From NCBI RefSeq assembly GCF_004010195.1, contig NC_057711.1:49107847-49171846 (forward strand): DNA of 64,000 bases. Direction: 5' to 3'. Under the pieces are notes generated by a model. The model ran no database searches. It was not told the DNA's origin and was given only the letters and a program-made list of their open reading frames with translations. The stretch comes from Chiloscyllium plagiosum. Lineage: Eukaryota. The position numbers and the translations under genes are program-made. Shown piece after piece: positions 11,480-23,919 of this stretch (position 1 is its first letter; each line of letters begins with the position of its first letter).

Positions 11480-12075
11480 CACTGTTTACTCGATTGACAG
11501 GATGTGGCTGTTTCCGCATCCCTGCAAGAGCAGTCCCAGTCTTCTCCTACGACAGCAAAGATTCTCTCCAGGTAGGGAATGAGGACCTGGATCTTGGACA
11601 CCCTGCCACACCGGTATGGACTCTGTCTGCCCTGTTTTGAGATATCTTCTCCTTCAAAGAGAGGGAGGAATAAATAAGGTTACAGAGGGTGGCAGAGCTG
11701 TTAGTGCTGCTGTATGTAAATGGTGGGATGTTCAAAAGAATTAAGGAGACAGCATAAAGGGCATGGAGTGTTAGTGGGAGACTGAGGAGGTTTGAGCAGG
11801 AATGGGGGGGTTATCAAAAGTGAGGTGGGAGAAGGTGTGGCACAGAGAAGAGTGTGGCACTCACCCTGGCAGAGCTGGGAAGGCCATTGATCTTCTCATA
11901 GCACTGTTGGCTGTTCCTAAAGATGACGCTGACTTGGGTGGTGATCTTGGACCATGCTGGTGGTGTCTGCTAGTGTGGTCTCCTCTGCTGGTTATCCTGG
12001 AAGAAATCACCTATTTTTAGACCACACCAATCACCAGGATCTCCAGGTCCTTGTCGGAAAACTAAGATGCTGTGT
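11480..12075 (-). mobile_element. Decayed two-exon Harbinger Myb/SANT-domain gene; intron 11652-11864
   Basis: Exon 1: FSDKDLEILV...AWSKITTQVSVIFRNSQQCYEKINGLPSSAR then donor gtgagt. Exon 2 after acceptor tttgaag: EKISQNRADRVHTG...IQVLIPYLERI. Trihelix Myb/SANT plus (K)TGGG-like motif; contains stops and frameshifts. Confidence 0.75.
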
Positions 12076-12144
12076 GATTGAAAGGGATGCCAGTTTTTTG
12101 GGATATCCCTGAGTGGTGAGTTTTCCCAGAAGTGAGCGTGGTAA

Positions 12145-12650
12145 TGTTATGAGAGGTGCGTTTTAGAATAATTTGTTCCATCATGTTTCTTTTGAAAGCA
12201 AGTGTTGGGAACTTGGAGATGAGCTGTCTGCTCTGAGTCCAGCTAGTGTGGCAGTTTTAAAAGTTGGAACAATGGAAGCAGCATGAAGGGGTGGGGTCAA
12301 GTTCCCACAGAATCAGGATTTTAGTTTTAGCTATCAGTATTTGCTGGGGTCTTGAGGCTGTATGTGGAACCTCTTATTCCTTTCTCAGTTATGACTGAAT
12401 CTGGGATTCTCTTCCTGCTGTTAGAATTGCATGTGAGACTATCTATTTCACTGAATTTCTTTTTGCCAAGGGTGTGTTTATGGGATGTTACTATGTTGGA
12501 ACAGTTGCTGTGTAGTAGTTAAATAACCTGTTAAGTTTTCCAATAGAGTTAAGTTAATCCAATTCTTCTTTCTTTTTGTTTGTATTTTAAACAAACAAGA
12601 GTGTAAAGATATAGTGAGTTTTGTTTCATACCTGGCAGCTTGACCAGTCA
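12145..12650 (+). mobile_element. LTR-like fragment, truncated by CR1
   Basis: Starts with TGTTA and has LTR-like composition. No ORF, second LTR or TSD seen. Confidence 0.45.
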
Positions 12651-13660
12651 AAGAAGAACAAAGAACAAAGAAAATTTACAACCCAGGAACAGGCCCTTTG
12701 GCCCTCCAAGTCTGAGTCGATCCAAATCCACTATCTAAACATATTGCCCAATTCCTAAGCATCTGTATCCCTCTGCTCCCCTCCTACTCATGCATCTGTC
12801 CAGACGCACCTTAAATGAATCTGCCATGCCTGCCTCTATTACCTCTGCTGGCTATGCGTTCCAGGCACCTACTACCCTGGGTAAAGTACTTGCCGCATAT
12901 ATCCCCCTTAAACCTTTCACCTCTCATCTTGAACCCCTGGCCTCTCATTATTGAATCCCTCACCCTGGGAAAAAATTTATCTCTATCTACCTTTTCTAAA
13001 TGCTTCATGATTTTGTAGATCTCAATCAGGTTCCCCCCCCCCCCCCCCCCACCCCGCCAATCTCCTTTTTCGAATGAAAACAATCCTCACCTACCCAACC
13101 TCTCTTCATAGATAGCACTTTTCATACCAGGCAACATCCTCGTAAACCTTCTCTGCACCCTCTCCAAAGCATCTACATCCTTTTGGTAATGTGGCAACCA
13201 AAACTGTACACAATATTCTGAGTGTGGCTGAACCAATGTCTTGTACAGTTTTAACATGACCTGCCAGCTCTTTTACTCAATATCCCGTCCGATGAAGGCA
13301 AGCATACCATAAGTCTTCTTGACCGTTCTATCCACTTATGCAGTCACCTTCAGGGTACGTTGGACCTGAACTCCCAGATCTCTCTGCTCAACAACTTTTT
13401 TCAAGGCTCTTCCATTTACAGTATGGTTGGCTCTAGATTCAGTCTTCCCAAAATGCATCACCTCACGTTCACCTGGATTGAACTCCATCTGTCACTTCTC
13501 CGCCCAACACTCCAGTCTATGCATATTCTCCTGCATTCTTTGACTGTGCCCTATGCTTTCTGCTACTCCACCAATCTTCGTGTTGCCTGCAAACTTACTG
13601 ATCAGACCAACAATGCCCTCTTCCAGATCATTTATGTATATTACAAACAACAGTTGCCCC
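12651..13660 (-). mobile_element. CR1 LINE 3' ~1 kb
   Basis: LLFVIYINDLEEGIVGLISKFAGNTKIGG (YADD region), NLIEIYKIMK; (aagaaca)n tail; poly-C expansion at 13033-13050. Confidence 0.92.
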
Positions 13661-13661
13661 A

Positions 13662-13900
13662 GCCTATCACCTTTACCCCTTCCTCTATCCATCTATTGCA
13701 CTCCCAGCTACCTTCCCTGCAGCCCCACGCCCTCCCATTTATCTCTCCACCCCCGAGGCTTCCAGCCTCATTCCTGATTAAGGGCTCCTGCCTGAAACGT
13801 TGATTTTCCTGCTCCTTGGATGCTGCCTGACCTGCTGTGCTTTTCCAGCGTCACTCTAATCTTGACTCTGATCTCCAGCATCTGCAATCCTCACTTTCAC
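13662..13900 (+). mobile_element. PLE family A 3' terminal repeat without an inverted arm
   Basis: Homologous to 30430-30660; mutated ribozyme core ctgattaagggctcctgcctgaaacgtt at 13774-13801. Confidence 0.85.
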
Positions 13901-15061
13901 CAAATAAATAAGATTCAGCCTTCTGAATGACTGCTGCCCACAATTTTAACCTTGCAACATAAAACACATTTTATCCCTGCCTTTTTCTAAAGGCAGGAAT
14001 AATTATAATAACATAACTTAATCATCCCATTACTTGGATCATGGTGAAATTGACCCTCTGATTATCAAGCGCATCACATGTACCTTGGAAGGCACTCATT
14101 CAAATATCATCACTTGGGCACTTGATGTTAAGAAATTTATAATTGAATGTTTTCAGTGAAATGATAATGTTTCTTTGCTCTTGGTCACAAACCTCTGACT
14201 TTCTCCCTCCTGAAGAACATTAGAATTCATTTTGTTGCATCCAAATTTCACTGCTTATCTTTGTAATACAGTCTCTTTTAGACTTTGTTATGTGTAAGGG
14301 CATTGAGGATGTGAGGTTGAACCGGTGAACAAATGCACTACACAGTCACTTGAAAACCTAATCTACTTCTGCTACCTGTGGTTCAGTCAGGTACCAGACG
14401 CTCTGTATATTTCTTCATAATATTTATAATAAGTCAAACCATTACAATGGCAGAGAGAGGGATGTCTCAGAGCAAATAAAATGTAGCTTTTCGGTCATCA
14501 GAACATGATACTAATGATATCTAATCCCCTCCAGGCCTTTCTCTGTCTGCTGTCTCAGATAAAAGATTTGATCGAAACATGACTTCCCCAGTGAAATCCA
14601 AACAAAGTATTTTGCAGTTTGGTGCCTACCATGTCTCCTGGCCAAATGTAACATTCTGTGCAATAGATAGGCAAAGAAGATGCAAAGGTAGGAAGATTTC
14701 ATCTCCCCACTCGGTACAGCAAAATCATAAACTGCTAAAAAGATCAATGATTCTATTGCACTAAATGCACATGTGAAAGCAAAGTGTAACCTCCCTATAT
14801 TCATGCTTGTAAACATTTATGTTAAAGTACATTGAGATCACTTCACAAATTTTTGTTTGCAACAAGGTCAGTTTAAGACCCCATGTTTATCATACGATCC
14901 ATCTGATTTTTTGAGGATACAAATAAGAATCAATCCTGAGGTGCTTATTATGCTATTAATTTTTTGTGTATTCTATGTTTCAAATAGATGATAATCACAC
15001 AGAAATAAAAAACAGGAGTATGTAATTTATCCCACCAATTCACCATTTCGTGGGTGATTTT

Positions 15062-15412
15062 TTAGATTTAGATTACATTAGATTACATTACAAATTAGAT
15101 TTTTAGATTACATTACAGTGTGGAAACAGGCCCTTCGGCCCAACAAGTCCACACCGACCCGCCGAAGCTCAACCCAACCATACCCCTACATTTACCCCTT
15201 ACCTAACACTACGGGCAATTTATCATGGCCAATTCACCTGACCTGCACATCTTTGGACTGTGGGAGGAAACCCACACAGACACGGGGAGAACGTGCAAAC
15301 TCCACACAGTCAGTCGCCTGAGGCGGGAATTGAACCCAGGTCTCCGGCGCTGTGAGGCAGCAGTGCTAACCACTGTGCCACCGTGCCGCCCACTGTGCCA
15401 CTGTGCCGCCCA
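15062..15412 (-). mobile_element. HE1-type V-SINE, young (CpG retained), with duplicated 5' head
   Basis: Reverse complement shows gggcggcacggtggcacagtggttagc (A-box) and gggttcaattcc (B-box), V-domain and a (tagattaca) tail. Confidence 0.92.
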
Positions 15413-16589
15413 CAATGTTAGTGCAATGTTTTTATTTTCCATTCTCTTTTCTTCCTTATGCTTTTATAATCTTATGTTCATATTGTGGGCAACAAATTGT
15501 GGGGCAATTAGGAGTGTTCTATATGGCAATTAATACCTGAAAGGATTAACTGACAACATCAGGTAAGCTCCAGCAATCAGAATATGAAAGACCATTCCTG
15601 GGAGGAGCTAACCACTTGCAAGTTCAAGGTCAGAGAAAGCTGTAGTCCCAGTTGCACATTCCATGATAATTTCTAGGCAGGTAAAAAGTTGTGTGTACTT
15701 ACTCTTACATCTAGTCTCATGAAAGACTCTCACGTATCTTAGATGTAATGTAACTATTAGGTATTCTCTCATTAATCTATGCTGTTCAAGAAGACTGAGC
15801 TTTAATTCTACCAAGGTCTTTGTGTGTGCACTCTTCCCTTCTTGGTATCAGCAAGTTAAAATTATACCAACAAGAAGTATTGTTTTCAGTCAATCTAATC
15901 AAAGCATCTTAGACAGTACCACAACACGACAGCAATATAGACCATGCTGAGCTGCAGTGTAGATTTTGTCCAGACAGTGTTAGCCTAAAGGAATATTAAG
16001 TCGAGACAAGTTATAAACCCTTAAGGACTGTAAAAGAGAAGTAAAATTCCATTAAGAAACTGTGTGTGTATCTTTAAATATTAAAAGCACATGGAACCAG
16101 TCTGCTTCTGTGAAAGTGATAGCCAGTTGTTCAGATGGCTGCAGAAGTAATAGCAATGTGAAGCCTGCTTACAGAAGTTTAAAATGGCAGAAATACTGTT
16201 AGATATTGAAAATGTGCATGAAAACCATGGAGTCCTGGAAACTTACAAGAACAAATATCTAAATCAGAAAACAGGGATGAAGCAATCAATATTGGATATA
16301 TTGTGTCTAAGGAGTTGAGAAAGGCGCTGACCATTTTCCAATCATCAGTGAATATCCTCACTTCTGACTCATTTTAAAACCATTATATAAATGTAACTGT
16401 ATAGCATCTTACACATGTTTTTTTTTGTGTGGATGGAACTTGGAAGAGATTAACATTTTTTCACTTGTTGCCAAGGGTTCATTAGTAGAGGTTAAATAAC
16501 AACAGGGAGCAAGGTTCCTGGATCTGTTATTTTTGTAAGGCTGACTCCAGGAATCAGGAGGATCGATGTATCTTTACTCAGAGCCAGAA

Positions 16590-19500
16590 AGCTGAGAGCT
16601 GACTGATAGAGGATCTGAGGAGGAGGCTGTTTCGGTGGCTGGGATTTTAAGCTAAGTGCACGACTTCAAAATTTTAAATCGTTTTTTTGGCATCTCCTGT
16701 ATGCTTAAACTTAAAAACTTAGGGAAAGAGAAGGGTAGACTTTTTTTTAAATTGTAGTATTTTTAGCTTCATCTTTTAATATAAAATATAAGCTTTCAGT
16801 TCTCCCAGCAGAGTGCGTCAGCAACAATCGGTCTACAAACACTGAATTTGAGAAAAGTGTGGGTCTTTTTAGGCAAGTCTACATTAGCAAATTTTTAAGA
16901 GGCCATTATGACAGCCAATGAAGTGGGATATTCCTCCTGTCAGACTTTGGACCTCAACATGTGAACAGGCAATTCAGATGGTTTGCCTCAGTGGCAGATA
17001 CGACCAAGTGACCAATTCTCCACATCATCATCAATCAAATAGAGAAACAGAGAAGGTGGTCAAAATCTTAAATTCAAAGAACTGAATGGGTACTGGACTG
17101 ATGCCCTGGAGAATATTTGTTTGAGTGGTTGGGAGGGTTTGAACTAAATTGGCAGGGGATAGGAACCTATGGGATGAGAAGAAGGGGAAATCAGTTACAG
17201 AGCAATACCATTAAGTAATGAGAACTCACGATCTGAATTGTTAACGGGAAAGGGTTTGAAAACAGTATTGAAGTGTAAAATCAAGTCAAACGTAACCTTT
17301 AAAGATGATGAGAAGTGAATAAACAAAGGAAAAAAACAACACCACAAAATATTGTGGATGTAGTTTAACTGTAGATGCAGTGCAAAGAAACTGTGTAGTT
17401 TAAAATCAGGTCAGAAAGACAGAGACAGTAAAAAAACATTGGGACCAGTTCAGCAGGAGGTGGGATCAGTTCAAACAGGAATATTAAAACAAACAAGTCT
17501 TAAGACCTTGTGTCTAACCACATGGAGCAATTGAAATTAAGTGGATGAATTAATCACACAAATAGATGTAAACGCTTATGAGATAGTTGACATCTATTAC
17601 GGAAACATGGCTGCAGAGTGACCAGGTCTGGGAACTGAACAATATTTAGCAAGGACAGACAAAAAGGAAAGATGGCAGAGTTGAGTTACTGTTTAAAGAG
17701 AATATAAACAGATTACTGATGAAAGATATTAGCCCAGATAACGTAGAATTTGTGTTTGTGGAATTGGGAAATAGTAAGAGGCAGAAAACATTAGTATGTA
17801 GACCACAACACTGTTGTGGTCATGTTGGGAACGACATAACAAGAAATCAGAAATTCCTGCAGTGAAAGAAGATGTGTAATTATGGGTGACTTTAATCTGC
17901 ATGTAAATTTGGTGAATCAAATTAATTGCAATATCATGGAGGAGGAATTATTAGAGTGCAGATGGAATGTTTTTTCTCGTTTAATATGTTGAAGAACCAA
18001 CTAGAGAACAGCTCATCTTAGACTGGGCATTATACATTTAGAAAATAATAATTGGCAATCTAGCTGTGAAAGACCCCTTGGGGATAAGCGACTGTAATAA
18101 GATAGAATCTTCATCAAGATGGAGAGTGAGGTAGTTGATTCTGAGATTGGGGTCCTGAGTCTTAATAAGGGAAACTGTAATGGTATGAAGCATGAGTTGG
18201 CAAGAGTGGTTTTGGGAATGTTACTGAAAGGAATAATAGTGGATAGTCAATGGCAAACTTTGAAAAAGTGAATGGGTCAACTAGAAAAATTATTTATTTC
18301 TGTCTGGTACAAGAGTACAAAACAAATTGTAGCTAAACCATAGTTTATGAGGGAAGTTAAAGATGGTATTAGATGCAAGAAAAGGGGTACAAATAGGCAA
18401 GAGAAAACAACAGACCTGAGGACTGGGAACAGTTTAGTAGTCAGAAAAGGAGAGCCAAGTAATTGTTCAAGAAGGGAAAATAGAGTATGAAAATAAGCTT
18501 GAAGTGAACACATCGAACTGACTGTAAAGGTTTCTACAGGTATGTAAAGATTGGTGAAAACTAATTTAGGTCCTTTAAAGTCAGAAACTGGAGAATTTAT
18601 ACTGGGGAACAAAGAAATGTCTGATGAACCAACTTTACATCTGTCTTCACAAAGGAGGATACAAATAGCATACCAGAAATGGGTAATGCAGAGTTTCTTG
18701 AGAGGGAGAAACTGAAGAAAGCCAATATTCATAGAGAAATGGTGCTTGAGAGAACTGAAGTCTGATAATCAAAGGGCCTGGTAATCAAAATCCCAGAGTA
18801 CTTAAGAAAGTGGCCCTCAAAATAATGGATGCATTGGTGGTCACCTTCCAAGATTCTTTTGACTCTGGAACAGTTCCTGCAGATTGGAGGGTAATGGGCT
18901 CATGTAACTCCTTTATTTAAAAATGGAGGGAAGGAGAAACAGGGAACTATAAACCCGAGAGTCTGACATTGGTCGTGGGAAAGATATGAGACTCCATTAT
19001 AAAGAATTCTATAGTAGAGCACATAGAAAACAGTGATAGTAGTGACAGGTAGCATGAATTTACAAAAAGGAAATCATGCTTAACAAAGCTACTGGAATTC
19101 TTTGAGGACACAACAAGTAAAGTTAATCAGAGAGCCAGTGGATGTGGTTCATTTGGACTTGCAGAAGGCTTTTCGAGAAAGTCCCACATTAAAAAAAGTG
19201 TAAAAATAACATGCATGGAATTGAGGGTCATGTATTGAGATGGACATAAAATTGGCGAGCAGACAGGAAACAAAGTTTTGGAATGACAGGGAGTGAATGG
19301 TGAGGTGCCATAGAAATCAACACTAGAATCTCAACTATTCACAATATATGTAATGCTTTAGATGAGAGAATTAAATGTAATACCGCAATGTTTTCAGATA
19401 ACACAAAGCTGGGTGGAAGGGTGAACTGTGAGAAAGATACAGAGATGTTGCAATATTGTCTGCATAGGGTGAGTGAGTGAGGAATACCTGGCAGGCACAA

Positions 19501-20275
19501 TATAATATGGATAAGTGTGAGGTCATCCACTTTGGCAGAAAAAATAGGAAGGCAGATTATTATCTGAATGACTGTAAATTGAGAGAGGGGAGTGTTCAGT
19601 GAGACCAGGGTGTCCTTGTGCAACAGTTACTGAAAATAAACATGCAAGTGCAGCAGGCGGTAAAGAAGGCAAACTGTATTTTGGCCTTCATAGTGAGAGG
19701 ATTCAAGTACAGGACTGAGGATATCCTACTGTTATTATTCAGCTGAGACCACAGCTGGAATATTGCATGCAGTTTTGGTCTTGAGGAATAATGTTCTTGT
19801 CATAGAGGGAGTGCAGTAAAAGTGGATTCCGAGGACGGTGGGACTGACAATATGAGTAAAGATTGTGTTGGTTTGGATTATACTCATGGAAGCTTAGAAG
19901 AATTAGCAGGGATCTCATAGAAACCTACTACATTCTAACAGGATTGTACAGGTTAAAAGCAGAATATTCCTGTGCTGGAGACCAGAACCAAAGGTCATAG
20001 TTTTAGGATAAGGGGTAAGCCTTGCAGGACTTGGGGAGGAATTTCTTCACCCAGAGAGTGGTGAGCCCGTGGAATTCATTACCACAGAAAGTGGTTCAAA
20101 CCAAAGCTTTTAAAAGGAGATGGAAAAAGCTCTTGTGGTCAAAGGGATCAAGGGAAATGGGGGAGGGTGAGATTAGAGTATTGAGCTCAATGATCAACCA
20201 AGACCATAATGAATTGAGGAGCAGGCTTGAGGGGTGCAATGACCTAGCCCTACTCATATCTCCATTGTTTGTATG
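16590..20275 (+). mobile_element. Long, old CR1 LINE (ORF1 remnants, APE endonuclease and RT), heavily mutated
   Basis: ITETWLQ (~17596), CVIMGDFNLH (~17875), LDLQKAF (~19153), FSDNTKLGG (~19391), RPQLEYCMQFWS, RNFFTQRVVSPWNSLPQKVV. Confidence 0.9.
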
Positions 20276-20560
20276 CAAAGAACTGATCAATCAAGATTTT
20301 ACATAGTTAGATCAACTGAAGGAATACTGAGGGGAAATAAGAAGACATTGATCTTGCTTAAGTAAAGAAATAAGACAAAGTATAATTATCAGACATGAGA
20401 CAAAGGCATCAACACTACATCACAAAGTCTGCTGAACAGTACAATGATTCCTCCGTATGGCCTTTGTGGAGACAATATTCCATCTTTATATTAAGAATAC
20501 TCTCCATCATGTTGTATGGCACTATCACCGCATGACAGGAATTAGACTTTAAACACATGC

Positions 20561-21463
20561 AGTGGACAGCAAAGAAGGTTACCTCAGATTACAAGGGGAT
20601 CTTGATCAGATGGGCCAATAGGCTGAGAAATGGTGGATGGACTTTAATTTAGATAAATGCGAGGTGCTACATTTTGGGAAAGCAAATCTTAGCAGGACTT
20701 ATACACTTAATGGTAAGGTTCTAGGGAGTGTTGTTGAACAAGAAGAACTTGGAGTGCAGATTCATAGCTCCTTGAAAGTGGAGTCGCAGGAAGATAGAAT
20801 AGTGAAGGAGGCATTAGGTATGCTTTCTTTTATTGGTCAGAGTATTGAGTACAGGAGTTGGGAGGTCATGTTGTGGCTGTACAGGACATTGGTTAGGCCA
20901 CGGTTGGAATATTGTGTGCAATTCTGGTCTCCTTCCTATCGGAAAGATGTTGTGAAAGTTGAAAGGTTTCAGAAAAAATTTACAAGGATGTTGCTAGGGT
21001 TGGAGGATTTGAGCTATAGGGAGAGGCTGAACAGTCTGGGGCTGTTTTCCTGGAGTGTCAGAGGCTGAGGGGTGACATTATAGAGGTTTATAAAATCATG
21101 AGGGGCATGGATAAGATACATAGACAAAGTCTTTTCCCTGGGGTGGGGGAGTCCAGAATTAAAGGGCATAGGTTTAGGGTGAGAGGGAAAAGTTATAAAA
21201 GAGACCTAAGGGGCAACTTATTCACGCAGAGGGTGATATTTGTATGGAATGAGCTGCCAGAGGAAGTGGTGGAGACGAGTACAATTGCAACATTTAAAAG
21301 GCATCTCGATAGGTATATGAATAGGAAGGGTTTGGAGAGATATGGGCCGGGTGCTGGCAGGTGGGACTAGATTGGGTTGGGATATCTGGTTGGCATGGAC
21401 GAGTTGGACTGAAGGGTCTGTTTCCATGCTGTACATCTCTATGACTCTATGACTCTATAACTC
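20561..21463 (+). mobile_element. CR1 LINE 3' ~0.9 kb, relatively young
   Basis: ORFs 20637-21068 and 21098-21370 are the CR1 ORF2 C-terminus split by a frameshift; (ctatgact)n tail. Confidence 0.95.
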
Positions 21464-22305
21464 AAGACTGGGCATCCATGAGGCACTGTGGCTATCAACG
21501 GCAGCAGAATTATACTCAAGCACAATCTGAAATCCATATTACTTTGAGTTTTAATACAATCTGCAACCTCATGGCCCAGCATATCCCCTACTCCATCATT
21601 ATCAGCAAGCCAAGAGATCAATCCAGATTTAATGAAGACTGCAGGAGGGCATTCTAGGAACAGAAATGGGCATACGTAAAACTGTGGCATCATCCTGGGG
21701 AAGTTACAAGACAGCACTATTTGCATGCCAAACAGCATAAGCTGTGATTGATAGATGATGCTGAGTGATTTCACTGCCAATGCCTCTGCTGTTCTGCAAC
21801 ATCTAGTTGTAAATAGTCATGGACAATTATATCGCCCACTGGAGGAGGAGGCTCCACAAATATCCCTAATCTCAATTATGGGGAGCCCTGCACACCAGTG
21901 TCAAAGATAAGGCTGAAACATTTACAAAGATTTCAGCCAGGAGTCCCAAGTGGGTGATCCGTCTTGACATCATCCAAGCATCACAGATATCAGCCTTCAG
22001 CCAATTCAGTTCAATCCTGTGATATCCAGCTGAAACAACTGGAAACGGCAAAGGTTATGGGCCCTGTTAACATTCTGATAATAACACTGAAAACTTGCAA
22101 TGTAGAGCTTGCTGTGTCCCTAACCAATCTGTCCAGTGCAACTATAACATTGGCATCTTTCTGATAGTAAAAAAAATTGCCCAGGTACACTCAGTACACA
22201 AAAAGTAGGAGAAACTGAGCTAATGACAGCTCATCAATCTGCTTTTGATCATCAGTAAAGTGATGGAAAGATGATATCCAACAGTACTTAACTTCTCAAT
22301 ATTGG

Positions 22306-22432
22306 AACAAATTATTGCAGATGCTGGAATCTGTACTGAAAACAAAAAGTGCTGAAAATCTCAGTGGGTCAGGCAGTATCCGTGGAGACGTGCAAGCTAA
22401 TGTTTAGAGTCTGGATGACACTTCATCAGAAC
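22306..22432 (-). mobile_element. PLE family B terminal-repeat fragment with decayed hammerhead core
   Basis: Minus strand ctgatgaagtgtcatccagactctaaac...gatgctg...ttccagcatctgca; homologous to the arms at 23596-23827. Confidence 0.7.
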
Positions 22433-23595
22433 ATCTCAACAACCTGTTTACTATTGCTAATTTTGTGTTCTGCCAAATTATTCAGCTCCTGACCTCATTA
22501 CAGCTTTCTTCCGACATGGACAAAAAGAGCTAAAGTGCAGAGTGTACATGAGAGTGACAGCCCTTGACATTAAGGCTGTATTTACATCAAAGGTGGCATC
22601 AAGAAGCATTGGCAAAATTAAAGTCAATAAAAGTCAGGGGGAAAAGTCTCTGTTGGTTGGAGTCATACATGATATAAAGGAGTATGACTGTGGTTGCTGA
22701 AAGTCAGTCATTTTAGGTCCTGGATGTCTCTGTAGGAGTTCGTCAGGGTTATGTCCATAGCCCAATCATTTTCACCTATTTCATCAATGACTTTCCCTCC
22801 ATCATAAGGTCAAAAATGGAGATGCATGCTGATGTTTGCACAATATTCGGAATCATTTGTGACTGGTCAGATATTGAAGCAGTCCAAGTTCAAATGCAGC
22901 AAGATCTGGACATTATCCAGGACAAATAGTAAGCAATTCATGCCTTGCAAGCACCAGGCAATGACAATTGTCAACAAGGGAGATTCTAACCATTGCTGGT
23001 TGACATTCAGTGGCATTCTCATTGCTGAATCCAAGGACCAAAATCCTGGGAGTTACCATTGGCAAAAAATTGAAGTGAACAATCTATATAAATAATGTGA
23101 TGACAAGAACAAGTCAGAGGCTAGCAATTTTATAACAAATAACTCACCTCCTTACTCCAAAAATGTCCACCATTTACAAGGTTCAAATCAATAATGTGAT
23201 AGCGTACTCCGCACTTGCCAGAATGGATGTAGTTCCATTTACATTCAAGAAACTCAACATCATTCAGGGCAAAGTAGCCCACTTGATTGGCTCGACATCT
23301 TCAAATGTATGCATTCTCCGTCACCGATACACAATCAAAGCAGATGTACCTTACATGAGACAAGTTCCTGAAATTCACTAAGCTTCATTATACAGCACCT
23401 TCCAAAACCATGATTTCTTTCATCAAGAAGGACAAGAGTAACAGGTATCTGGGAATACTACTTTCTTTCCATTTACTCATCATCCATACTTGGAAATTTA
23501 TCACCATTCCTTCAATGTCACTGGATCAAAATCCTATACGTCCCTTTGTAACACGTGTCTACTTAAGGCACAGCACCAGTACCTTCCCAAGGATA

Positions 23596-23827
23596 AAAGC
23601 AAATTACTGTGGATGCTGGAATCTGAAACCAAAAGAGAAAATGCTGGAAAACCTCAGCAGGTCTGGCAGCACCTGTAAGGAGAGAAAAGAGCTGACGTTT
23701 CGAGTCTAACTGACCCTTTGTCAAAGCTTTGACAAAGGTCAGTTAGACTCAAAACATCAGCTCTTTTCTCTCCTTACAGGTGCTGCCAGACCTGCTGAGG
23801 TTTTCCAGCATTTTCTCTTTTGGTTTC
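23596..23827 (-). mobile_element. Near-perfect palindromic PLE family B insertion
   Basis: ~102-bp arms (23624-23726 / 23727-23828) with no loop (centre aagctt), a ~28-nt unpaired tail, and a perfect 15-bp TSD accttcccaaggata (23581-23595, 23828-23842). Confidence 0.9.
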
Positions 23828-23919
23828 ACCTTCCCAAGGATACCTAGTTTCAGGTATAAAATGCTGACCCAACCAGTGAAGTCCACGTCCACTGAACACG
23901 TTTTAAAAAAGAATGTCAA

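Larger units (their letters stand above)
21464..23900 (+). mobile_element. LINE family B (CR1/L2 group) ORF2 RT region to 3' end, with two nested PLE insertions
   Basis: KVMGPVNI..LKTC, ALDIKAVF, WLESY, GVRQG, MSTIYKVQI; many stops. Confidence 0.85.

Noticed and set aside
13033-13057. Poly-C tract / G-quadruplex potential
   Set aside because: Simple homopolymer expansion inside a CR1 copy.
14534-14687. Possible plus-strand exon (ctccag ... aaag|gtagga), open frame LSLSAVSDKRFDRNMTSPVKSKQ...
   Set aside because: Unrecognised peptide with no supporting neighbouring exons; the region reads more like regulatory DNA.
20637-21370. RT-like ORFs as functional CDS (also 1665-2316, 44895-45777, 61000-61694)
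   Set aside because: 5'-truncated, frameshifted CR1 fragments.
23596-23827. Interpretation of the palindromes as DNA-transposon MITEs, pre-miRNAs or terminators
   Set aside because: Asymmetric tail, ~15-bp TSD, variable centres and identity with the ends of the GIY-YIG-coding element point to PLE retrotransposition. No known miRNA seed was recognised, and the DNA is eukaryotic.
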